Source of the DNA: Methanomicrobia archaeon
GTDB lineage: Archaea > Halobacteriota > Bog-38 > Methanoflorentales > Methanoflorentaceae
Direction of reading: 5' to 3'
Length of the DNA stretch: 64,000 bases
Assembly: GCA_015661395.1 (NCBI GenBank)
Contig: JACWML010000001.1
Location: forward strand, 19,273 to 83,272
In this document: in pieces, positions 10,527-18,620 of the stretch
How positions within the stretch are numbered: position 1 is the first letter of the stretch
How the letters are laid out: every line of letters starts with the position of its first letter
Translations under genes and position numbers: made by a program
Notes under the pieces: model-generated
What the model was told of the DNA's origin: nothing
The model's database searches: none
What the model saw: only the letters and a program-made list of their open reading frames with translations

Positions 10527-11160
10527 AGCAGGCCTGATTAGCATTTTTTCTCCCTGCGTGTTACCCTTGCTACCGGCCATCGTCGCCTCATCAACGGATC
10601 GCGGCAGATACCGGCCTCTCGCCATCGTCCTGGGCCTAAGCATATCCTTTACGAGCATGGGACTCGTCGCATCGGCTTTTGGCGCCGTTTTTACGGCGTA
10701 TAGTTATTATCTCTTCGCAGCGGCGATATTCTTCATTATCGCAATGGGATTCTGGATGCTCTTCGATCTCCACCTACCCTACAGTGCGCCGCGGCTAGGT
10801 CTCATCGATCGGGTCTCAAAGAAAACGTATGACATTCCGACCGAAGGCATTGCGAGCGGGCTGCTGTTGGGACTTGCACTCGGCATTGTGTGGCTTCCGT
10901 GCACGGGACCGGTGCTCGGCACGATACTCACGTGGGTCGCCGCGAAGGGCGACGTCATGACGGGCGGCCTGCTGCTCATCGTTTACTCGCTCGGCTTCGC
11001 CGTTCCCATGCTGGCGATCGCGTATTCGACAAAGATGTCGTCATCACTTGTCGGCAAATCGTCCAAGACTATCTGGATTAAGCGCGTCGCGGGCTTAATG
11101 CTCATCGTGGTAGGCGTTTATCTGGTTTGGCCGTACCTCGCAACGCTTACTCAGTTTTAA
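10498..11160 (+). CDS. ccdA: CcdA/DsbD-family transmembrane thiol:disulfide electron transporter
   Basis: 220 aa, about 6 TM segments, with SPCVLPLLP and LPCTGPVLG motifs. Confidence 0.85.
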   Translation: MEVNPLIAFGAGLISIFSPCVLPLLPAIVASSTDRGRYRPLAIVLGLSISFTSMGLVASAFGAVFTAYSYYLFAAAIFFIIAMGFWMLFDLHLPYSAPRLGLIDRVSKKTYDIPTEGIASGLLLGLALGIVWLPCTGPVLGTILTWVAAKGDVMTGGLLLIVYSLGFAVPMLAIAYSTKMSSSLVGKSSKTIWIKRVAGLMLIVVGVYLVWPYLATLTQF

Positions 11161-11191
11161 AACGTCTTTTTGTGAACGAGGCCACAGCAGT

Positions 11192-11310
11192 ATGCATTGG
11201 ATTGTGCAAAAGAAAGAGATAGCGCCTTCCACGTTCGCGTTAAGATAGATGCACCGCTAGTCGCCAAAAAAGCAAGAGCGGGTCAATTTGTGGTCGTACG
11301 AGTCGATGAG
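11192..11310 (+). pseudogene. 5' remnant of a PyrK-like NfnA/SudB-type subunit gene
   Basis: ATG 11192 gives MHWIVQKKEIAPSTF. After a 1-nt frame change the sequence reads RVKIDAPLVAKKARAGQFVVVRVDE, the typical N-terminus of the FAD/NAD-binding small subunit. Homology stops there. Confidence 0.6.
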
Positions 11311-11505
11311 GTAGCCAAAGGTCTTGCCCTCAGGCAGGAAAAGTTCGGAAAGCGTTACTGCCAGTGTCGCATTATTACGGGAGACGCCGATGAGGATCGA
11401 AAGATAATCTGTCCGTGCGTTTACCACGAAGAAGAGCTCAAAGAGCACGGCATGTGTCATTGCAAGCTTTTTGTTACAAAAGAACTATGCTTGCTGAGCG
11501 TCGCG
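11311..11505 (+). pseudogene. Partial duplicate of the FTR-like gene (C-terminal ~60 codons), fused in frame to flanking sequence
   Basis: Encodes VAKGLALRQEKFGKRYCQCRIITGDADEDRKIICPCVYHEEELKEHGMCHCKLFVTKE. It lacks its own N-terminus, and the first CPC has become CQC. Confidence 0.7.
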
Positions 11506-11886
11506 ATGAGCGGGTGCCTCAACATCAATCAGTCGGGTTACGAGTTTAAAAGCGGGATAACACCACCAGCAGTGGTTAGCAACTTGATGCAGAACAGAAC
11601 GGTCGTCCTGTTCATCACGCACAACAACTGTCCTGATTGCGAGCAGGCACGACCGCTGATAGCGAATCTTCAATCGCAGTACAGTGGCATGAACGTGACG
11701 TTTGTGAACGTTAACATCAGCGCCAACAGGACGTCCCAGGACGTCGCCAAAGCGTATGGCGTGACGGCGACCACGACCCCGACAACCATTGTTTTACGCA
11801 AGGACGGATCTGCGGCGACCTTCGTGGGTGTCTTCGACCCGAACATCGTGAAAAGCGCCATTGACGACGCGCGCAGCTCGTACTAA
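11506..11886 (+). CDS. Thioredoxin-fold protein, CPDC active site (diverged paralog)
   Basis: An internal ATG gives a 126-aa product. About four fifths of residues match the 10111..10485 product by manual alignment, with a 2-residue insertion. The active site is intact. Confidence 0.65.
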   Translation: MSGCLNINQSGYEFKSGITPPAVVSNLMQNRTVVLFITHNNCPDCEQARPLIANLQSQYSGMNVTFVNVNISANRTSQDVAKAYGVTATTTPTTIVLRKDGSAATFVGVFDPNIVKSAIDDARSSY

Positions 11887-11927
11887 GGACGTGCGCACAT
11901 GGAAGTAAACCCACTGATCGCTTTCGG

Positions 11928-12254
11928 CGCGGGGCCTATCCCAAGATCTTCTGCGGCAGAGACAGAACGCCGCACTTCTCGATTGATACGGCCTGCGCCG
12001 TGCTGCGCCCGAAATTCGATGGCTGGTCTTTGATTCCAGAAGGCTGCCGCGTGATAATCGATGCCTTCGCGCCGGAAGGCGATGTCCTCGCGCCTAGCGT
12101 GACCGCAGCCGATTCGTTAATCCGCGACGCAGACGAGGTTCTCGTTTCCGGTCCCGGGGCGATGACTACGAGAAGAGCTGCAATGCCCGGGGGCGAGATG
12201 ATGCGATCTGCGCACGGAGTGGCCGTCCTGGTGCGTAAGGTAAAAAGACTATAG
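11928..12254 (+). pseudogene. Orphan PUA-domain fragment (C-terminal piece of an ArcS/TgtA-like gene)
   Basis: The frame is open from 11910. It encodes ...RVIIDAFAPEGDVLAPSVTAADSLIRDADEVLVSGPGAMTTRRAAMPGGEMMRSAHGVAVLVRKV, matching the PUA consensus pattern. No catalytic domain lies upstream. Confidence 0.5.
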
Positions 12255-12341
12255 GTTCAACTAGTAGGATACATTGCAGAATATCCATGGAGTGAAAAGG
12301 TTGTTCCGTATCGAAAACGCCGGACAGAAAGGGGGAGAATT

Positions 12342-13514
12342 ATGAACACCCAAACCGTTGCACAGAAAACAAAGGGTATCGTGATCGCCGTTGTAAAGGA
12401 ACAGGCCCCGCATGAGCAGCGCGTTGCGACCGTGCCCGAGGTGGTCCAGAAACTCACGAAGTCGGGGTACGAGGTCCGGGTCGAGCATGATGCGGGAGCG
12501 GGAGCTTTCTACCCAGACGACCTCTATGTTGCCGCCGGTGCGAAGATCGCGCCCGGTCGGGCCGAACTGCTAGACGGTGCAACAATCGTGTTGTGCGTAC
12601 AGCCCCCAGCCATAGCCGATGTCGAGATGCTCGCAGCGAGCACGATCGTCATAGGGTTCATGAACGCGGCAAACAACCTTTCAACCGTTGCACGGATGCG
12701 TGACCGCAAGGTCACCGCCTTTGCCCTCGAGCTTGTCCCGCGGATCACCCGCGCCCAGAGCATGGACGCACTCAGTTCCCAGGCAACGGCCGGCGGGTAC
12801 GCAGCAGCGATTCTCGGCGCATACAACTGCCCCAAGTTCCTCCCGATGCTGACAACGGCTGCGGGCACGATCCGGCCGGCAACGGTGCTGATCCTTGGCG
12901 CGGGCGTTGCCGGCCTCACGGCGATCGCCACAGCCAAGCGCCTTGGCGCCATGGTCGAGGCATACGATGTCCGGCGTGCCGCAGGCGAACAGGTCCGGAG
13001 CCTCGGCGCGAAATTCCTCGAGCTTGAGATCAATGCGGAAAGCGAGGGAGGCTATGCCCGAGAGCTCACGCCGGAAGAGAAGGTGAAGGAACAGCAGATG
13101 GTCTCTGCCGCGGTGGCGCGGGCTGACATCGTTATCACGACTGCCAGCATCCCCGGCCGGAGGGCGCCGATCCTGATAACGAAAGAGACCCTCGCAACGA
13201 TGCATCCGGGCGCCGTCATCGTCGACCTTGCTGCTGAATCAGGCGGCAACTGCGAGCTGACACAATGTGGAAAGACGGTAAAGGAGCACGATGTCACTAT
13301 CGTGGGCCCGCAGAACCTCCCGGCCCGGGTCGCGTTTCACGCAAGCCAGATGTACGCAAGGAACCTCCAGTCGTTCCTCTCGCTCCTTGTTAATGAGGAC
13401 GGGGCGTTCACCCGTGAGTTCACTGACGAGATTCTGGCAGCAAGCCTCCTGGTGAACGCAGGCGAAGTGCGGCATCAACCAACGCTTGACCTCATCAGCG
13501 GAGGGAGGCTGTGA
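12342..13514 (+). CDS. pntAA: NAD(P) transhydrogenase subunit alpha part 1
   Basis: 390 aa, alanine-dehydrogenase/PNT fold with VLILGAGVAGLTAIATAKRLGA. GGGGGAG lies 5 nt upstream of the ATG. Confidence 0.9.
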   Translation: MNTQTVAQKTKGIVIAVVKEQAPHEQRVATVPEVVQKLTKSGYEVRVEHDAGAGAFYPDDLYVAAGAKIAPGRAELLDGATIVLCVQPPAIADVEMLAASTIVIGFMNAANNLSTVARMRDRKVTAFALELVPRITRAQSMDALSSQATAGGYAAAILGAYNCPKFLPMLTTAAGTIRPATVLILGAGVAGLTAIATAKRLGAMVEAYDVRRAAGEQVRSLGAKFLELEINAESEGGYARELTPEEKVKEQQMVSAAVARADIVITTASIPGRRAPILITKETLATMHPGAVIVDLAAESGGNCELTQCGKTVKEHDVTIVGPQNLPARVAFHASQMYARNLQSFLSLLVNEDGAFTREFTDEILAASLLVNAGEVRHQPTLDLISGGRL

Positions 13515-13822
13515 CCGAGATCACTGCGTTCTGGATCGCTATCTACATCGCAATGCTGGCGGCATTCACCGGCTACGTTGTCATTAGCCGTATCCCCGCC
13601 ATCCTACACACACCTCTGATGAGCGGCTCGAACTTTATCCACGGGATCGTGCTCGTTGGGGCGATGGTAGCGCTCGGCCTTGCCAATACGCCTACAGAGC
13701 AGGTGATCGGGTTCATGGCAGTTGTTCTCGGGGCAGCGAACGTGACTGGCGGTTATGTAGTCACGGAACGGATCCTCCAGATGTTCGACCGTAGCGGAAA
13801 GAAGCCCGGCAAGGGGGCGTGA
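13511..13822 (+). CDS. pntAB: NAD(P) transhydrogenase subunit alpha part 2 (membrane)
   Basis: 103 aa, three or more TM helices, 4-nt overlap with pntAA. Confidence 0.85.
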   Translation: MTEITAFWIAIYIAMLAAFTGYVVISRIPAILHTPLMSGSNFIHGIVLVGAMVALGLANTPTEQVIGFMAVVLGAANVTGGYVVTERILQMFDRSGKKPGKGA

Positions 13823-13823
13823 C

Positions 13824-15206
13824 GTGGCTGACTTCTCCTTTGCCATCGAACCCGTATACATTGCGACGATCTTCTTCTTCATCGTCGGGCTGCAGCGGAT
13901 GAGCAACCCGCTCACGGCTCGGAGCGGGATCGTTTGGGCCGGCGCCGCGATGCTGATCGCAACGCTCGTCACGTTCTTTACCCCAAATCTCACCAACATC
14001 GGCCTGATCGCGATCGCGATCGTGATCGGTGGCGGCTTCGGCTATATATCGGCCAAGCGCGTGGCGATGACCAACATGCCCCAGATGGTTGCATTCTTCA
14101 ACGGGATGGGGGGAGGCGCGGCAGCCGGGATCTCGGCAGTCGTGCTCCTTGGCCCGACCACTCCCACCAGCTCGCTTGCGGTCGTTGGCGGCTTGATCGG
14201 GGCTGTCTCGTTTTCAGGCAGCCTCATCGCGTTCCTGAAGCTGCAGGGCTGGATGCCATCGCGGCCGGTTACCTTCACGGGCCAGCAGATCGTCAACATG
14301 GCAGTCCTGGTCCTCGCCATCGTTTCCGGTGTGTTCGTCATCCTTCAGCCGTCATCGAGGCTGCTTTCCGTAAACGCGTCTCTCCCGCTCTTCTTTATTC
14401 TCGCTCTCGGCTTCGGGCTCCTCATGACGCTCCCGATTGGCGGGGCCGACATGCCTGTAGTGATCTCGATGTACAACGCCTTCACCGGCCTGGCCGTTGC
14501 GCTTGACGGGTTCTCGTTTGTCACCCCCAACTATGCGATGATCATAGCGGGCGTCATTGTCGGCGCTGCGGGTTCGCTGCTCACGCTCAAGATGGCTAAG
14601 GCAATGAACCGCTCGCTCACAAACGTCTTCTTCGGAGCCTTCGGCGCAACGGAGGAGCAGGCGGCGCATGTATCGGGCAGCGTGAAAGCGATCGAGGCTG
14701 ACGACGTTGCAGTCATGCTCGCCTACGCGGACCGGGTTATCATCGTCCCCGGCTACGGCATGGCAGTCGCTCAAGCCCAACAGAAAGTGAAGGAGCTGAC
14801 CGACGTGCTCGAGCGTAGGGGCGTGCGGGTGAAGTTCGCGATCCACCCGGTTGCCGGACGTATGCCTGGGCACATGAACGTCCTGCTTGCCGAGGCAGGG
14901 GTTGCCTACGACCACCTCTTCGACCGCGATGAGGTGAACCCTGAGTTCCCCAGCACTGACATCGTCCTTGTCATCGGGGCCAACGATGTCGTAAACCCGG
15001 CGGCACACCGGAAGGGCAGCCCGCTTTTCGGCATGCCAATCCTCGATGTCGAACAGGCAAAGAACGTGATCGTCCTAAAGCGCGGGCAGGGAAGGGGCTT
15101 TGCGGGGATCGAGAACGACCTGTTCTACCGGGACAACACGCGGATGCTCTACGGCGACGCGCAGGAAACGGTCGGCAAGCTTGTGCAGGCCCTCAAGAAA
15201 CTCTGA
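13824..15206 (+). CDS. pntB: NAD(P) transhydrogenase subunit beta
   Basis: 460 aa. Polytopic N-terminal half and a C-terminal NADP(H) domain (IIVPGYGMAVAQAQ...HPVAGRMPGHMNVLLAEA). GTG start 1 nt after the pntAB stop. Confidence 0.9.
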   Translation: MADFSFAIEPVYIATIFFFIVGLQRMSNPLTARSGIVWAGAAMLIATLVTFFTPNLTNIGLIAIAIVIGGGFGYISAKRVAMTNMPQMVAFFNGMGGGAAAGISAVVLLGPTTPTSSLAVVGGLIGAVSFSGSLIAFLKLQGWMPSRPVTFTGQQIVNMAVLVLAIVSGVFVILQPSSRLLSVNASLPLFFILALGFGLLMTLPIGGADMPVVISMYNAFTGLAVALDGFSFVTPNYAMIIAGVIVGAAGSLLTLKMAKAMNRSLTNVFFGAFGATEEQAAHVSGSVKAIEADDVAVMLAYADRVIIVPGYGMAVAQAQQKVKELTDVLERRGVRVKFAIHPVAGRMPGHMNVLLAEAGVAYDHLFDRDEVNPEFPSTDIVLVIGANDVVNPAAHRKGSPLFGMPILDVEQAKNVIVLKRGQGRGFAGIENDLFYRDNTRMLYGDAQETVGKLVQALKKL

Positions 15207-15383
15207 ATCCCACGGGGATCTGCGAGACCGATCATACGGCCCCGTCGAGGTCAACGGGAGCGACTTCTACTCAACGCAGCGTTTATCGATGTGATCGGTC
15301 AAGACCCCCCAACATTCTTCCCCCTCTAACGTGCGGCAATCCATAAGGGAACAGATGTAATACCTTTATTGACGATGATTGTC

Positions 15384-15509
15384 TCACCTTTTTGCAACAC
15401 TCGTTGCCGATGAAGATGTTGCTACAAAGCGGCAACCGTAATTAGCGCGATGGGTGCAGGAAAGCGCACCGCGCGCGCGGTAGAGGCATTCATAAAGCAG
15501 GGTCCGTAA
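15384..15509 (+). pseudogene. 3' remnant of a GltD-like NfnB/SudA-type subunit gene
   Basis: Encodes ...FATLVADEDVAT, then after a frame change AATVISAMGAGKRTARAVEAFIKQGP-stop. This is the characteristic C-terminal end of glutamate-synthase-small-subunit-like oxidoreductases. No gene body lies upstream. Confidence 0.55.
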
Positions 15510-15647
15510 GGGCTATAACAGCCCAAAAAAGGACTGAAAGCAGTGCTTTCGAGATAAAGCGCTTGAACTGACTTACCTTGCAGAAAATATTTAATTAATC
15601 AACGGGATACTACAAGTCATAAGTACATACGGAGTGTTTTTCTAAAA

Positions 15648-17582
15648 GTGTCACAAGCGGAAGAAGTCAGCACCGACACGGAAGCACCAGCAGTTGAGCA
15701 CAAAGCGTCAGCTTTGCTTGGAGGCCTAGACATAGCGGTCACCGACGAGATCGCTGTCCCTCCAATGCTTGTCGACCAGGTGATTGGACAGGAACAGGCC
15801 GTTGAGGTGATCAAAAAGGCGGCCAAGCAGCGCCGGCACGTCATGCTGATCGGCTCTCCAGGCACAGGAAAGTCAATGCTCGCCCGGGCCATGGCAGAAC
15901 TCCTTCCCAAAGAAGAGCTGCAGGACATCCTCGTATATCACAATCCTGAGGATGGCAACAGCCCTAAGGTGCGTGTCGTACCGGCAGGGAAAGGGCGGCA
16001 AATCGTCGACTCACACAAACGGGAGGCACAAAAGAAGATCCAGTTCAGGAATATGCTTTCGATGGTGATTGTTTTCGCAATCGTCGGTTACTCTTTTGCG
16101 ATCAATCAACCGATAATGGGTATCATCGCCGCTGCTATGCTTTTCATCGCGCTGCGCTACATTACGCCCCGTGAGGACGTGTTGATACCAAAGCTCCTCG
16201 TTATGAACGATGGCAAAGAGACCGCCCCCTATATCGACGGGACCGGAGCGCACGCGGGGGCCCTTTTGGGCGACGTGCGACACGACCCGTTTCAATCGGG
16301 AGGACTTGAGACGCCGGCGCACGACCGGGTCGAGGCAGGGGCTATTCACAAGGCGAACAAAGGCGTTCTTTTCATCGACGAAATCAATACGCTCAGAATT
16401 GAATCGCAGCAACAGCTCCTTACGGCGCTACAAGAGGGTGAGTTTCCCATCACCGGCCAATCCGAGCGCTCAAGTGGCGCCATGGTAAAAACAACCCCTG
16501 TGCCGTGCAATTTCGTGATGATCGCTGCCGGAAATCTCGACGCCGTGAAGGGCATGCACCCCGCTCTACGCTCGCGTATCCGCGGCTATGGCTACGAAGT
16601 ATACATGCGCGATTCCATGCAGGACACGCCAGAAAATCGCCGAAAAATCGTCCGGTTTGTGGCTCAAGAGGTGAAAAAGGACGAGAAGATTCCCCACTTC
16701 ACTGCCGATGCGGTCGAAGAGATAATCCGTGAGGCACGCCGACGATCAGGGAGAAAGGGGCACATCACCTTGATGCTGCGAGATCTTGGCGGCTTGATCC
16801 GCGTCGCGGGGGACGTCGCTCGGGCCGAAGCGTCTGAATACACGACCGCTAAACACGTTATCGCAGCCAAGAAGATGGCGCGGTCGGTCGAACAGCAGCT
16901 TACAGATCAATATCTCGAGCGCCGCCGCGACTATCAGATGTTTCGAAATACCGGCGCCGAGGTGGGCCGCGTAAACGGCCTCGCGGTAATGGGTGATGAT
17001 TCAGGCGTCGTCCTGCCCATCGTGGCAGAGATCACCCCTGCGCAGTCAAAGCAGGAGGGCCGCGTAATCGCGACTGGCCTGCTTAAAGAGATCGCTCTTG
17101 AGGCAGTGCAAAACGTCTCGGCGCTCATCAAGAAGTTTTCAGGCGAAGACATCACCGACAAAGACGTGCACATCCAGTTCATCGGTACCTATGAGGGCGT
17201 CGAGGGGGACTCGGCCTCAATTTCAATCGCCACCGCCGTGATCTCCGCGCTTGAAGACGTTCCAGTTGACCAGTCCGTTGCGATGACCGGATCCCTTTCG
17301 GTCCGGGGAGAGGTGCTGCCCGTTGGGGGGGTCACGCCCAAGGTGGAAGCAGCCGCTAAGGCGGGCATCACGCGCATACTCATTCCGAAAGACAACGAAG
17401 GCGACGTCATGCTCGAGAAGCAGTACAAAGACACGGTGCAAATAATCCCCGTTAGCTCTATCCGCGAGGTTCTCGAAAACAGCCTGCTCGGTCGAAAGCG
17501 CGACGGCTTGCTCGAGCACCTCAAGAAATTCACCATAAATTCACACGATCTGACGGGCCGTTCGAGCGCGGTCCCTCAGTAA
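15648..17582 (+). CDS. lonB: Archaeal membrane-bound ATP-dependent Lon protease
   Basis: 644 aa. Has Walker A GSPGTGKSML, two TM helices inserted in the AAA+ domain, and a C-terminal Lon protease domain (GDSASISIATAVISAL). Confidence 0.9.
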   Translation: MSQAEEVSTDTEAPAVEHKASALLGGLDIAVTDEIAVPPMLVDQVIGQEQAVEVIKKAAKQRRHVMLIGSPGTGKSMLARAMAELLPKEELQDILVYHNPEDGNSPKVRVVPAGKGRQIVDSHKREAQKKIQFRNMLSMVIVFAIVGYSFAINQPIMGIIAAAMLFIALRYITPREDVLIPKLLVMNDGKETAPYIDGTGAHAGALLGDVRHDPFQSGGLETPAHDRVEAGAIHKANKGVLFIDEINTLRIESQQQLLTALQEGEFPITGQSERSSGAMVKTTPVPCNFVMIAAGNLDAVKGMHPALRSRIRGYGYEVYMRDSMQDTPENRRKIVRFVAQEVKKDEKIPHFTADAVEEIIREARRRSGRKGHITLMLRDLGGLIRVAGDVARAEASEYTTAKHVIAAKKMARSVEQQLTDQYLERRRDYQMFRNTGAEVGRVNGLAVMGDDSGVVLPIVAEITPAQSKQEGRVIATGLLKEIALEAVQNVSALIKKFSGEDITDKDVHIQFIGTYEGVEGDSASISIATAVISALEDVPVDQSVAMTGSLSVRGEVLPVGGVTPKVEAAAKAGITRILIPKDNEGDVMLEKQYKDTVQIIPVSSIREVLENSLLGRKRDGLLEHLKKFTINSHDLTGRSSAVPQ

Positions 17583-17584
17583 CC

Positions 17585-17591
17585 TTTTTTT
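17585..17591 (+). terminator. Oligo-T tract after lonB
   Basis: TTTTTTT lies 3 nt after the lonB stop. Archaeal termination commonly uses T-runs. Confidence 0.3.
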
Positions 17592-17631
17592 GCGCCCCAT
17601 TTCACAGCGACGGTGACTGAGGCCATATACC

Positions 17632-18606
17632 ATGGACGAAGAGAGCGTGCCACAGTATCGAAGGGCGCGAACGATAGAGACAAACGCCGATCTAAGCGCT
17701 CCCACTGAGGAGCTGTGGCACATTCACGACAATTTTGCCGCAGGAGAGCAAAAGGAAACGGCCGTCACGACCACGTCCCTCCTCGATCTGAAGATCGAAA
17801 TAGCGCAGCGTATGTGTCGTGAGTGCCACTTCTGTGAACGGCGGTGCTACGCCAACAGAGCAGAGAGACCGGGATTTTGCGGCGTCCAGCGATCGAAATA
17901 TTCATCCGAATTCCTTCATTATGGTGAGGAACGCGAGCTCGTGCCATCGCACACGATTTTTCTCACGGGCTGCACGTTTCAGTGCGCCTTCTGCCAAAAC
18001 TGGGATATCGCACGACATCCGAAGGCGGGTGCGATCGCTGATGCAGATGCGCTTGCACGGCGAATCTACGCACGATCAATCGCGGGCGCGCGCAACGTGA
18101 ACTGGGTCGGGGGAGATCCCACCCCGCATATCGGTACTATTCTGAAAACCATGCGAGCCCTCGCCGACCTCGAACAAAAAACGGAGGGCGATGCACGATT
18201 CTTGAACGTGCCGATGGTCTTTAACTCCAACACCTACTACTCCACGGAAGCCGCTAAGCTTCTCGATGGCGTGATCGACGTCTATTTGAGTGATTTCAAA
18301 TACGGCAACGACCGCTGCGCGAAACGGTACTCACACGTTGACAAGTACGTGGAAACCGTTACGCGAAACCTGCTCGCATCGCAACAAAGGCTTATGATAC
18401 GCCATCTCGTAATGCCCGGACACGTTCAGTGCTGCACGGGGCCGATCGTCGCGTGGGTGCGCGAGACCATGCGCGACGTCAAGTTCAACTTGATGTTTCA
18501 GTACTCACCCTATAACGTGACCGATTACCCTGAAATTAATCGGTTCGTGAGCGATGCAGAGCGGCGCGAGGCGACAAATATCGCAAAGGGCTTAAATCTC
18601 ATCTGA
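17632..18606 (+). CDS. Radical SAM protein, PflX-like (pyruvate formate-lyase activase-related)
   Basis: 324 aa. CTFQCAFCQNWDI is a CxxxCxxC motif, and there is an extra N-terminal cysteine cluster CRECHFCERRC. Confidence 0.8.
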   Translation: MDEESVPQYRRARTIETNADLSAPTEELWHIHDNFAAGEQKETAVTTTSLLDLKIEIAQRMCRECHFCERRCYANRAERPGFCGVQRSKYSSEFLHYGEERELVPSHTIFLTGCTFQCAFCQNWDIARHPKAGAIADADALARRIYARSIAGARNVNWVGGDPTPHIGTILKTMRALADLEQKTEGDARFLNVPMVFNSNTYYSTEAAKLLDGVIDVYLSDFKYGNDRCAKRYSHVDKYVETVTRNLLASQQRLMIRHLVMPGHVQCCTGPIVAWVRETMRDVKFNLMFQYSPYNVTDYPEINRFVSDAERREATNIAKGLNLI

Positions 18607-18620
18607 CGTTATCTTTGACT

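Larger units (their letters stand above)
11299..11927 (+). repeat. Segmental duplication, copy B
   Basis: Same order as copy A. It begins with the shared 14-mer CGAGTCGATGAGGT and ends after ATGGAAGTAAACCCACTGATCGCTTTCGG, the ccdA 5' end. Confidence 0.85.

Noticed and set aside
11197-11886. The 229-aa ORF, considered as a genuine multidomain fusion protein
   Set aside because: Its first 38 codons are the out-of-context start of a PyrK-like gene, reached via a TTG. The middle is a C-terminal fragment of the FTR-like gene. A chimera created by duplication is more plausible, and only the thioredoxin part has its own ATG and an intact active site.
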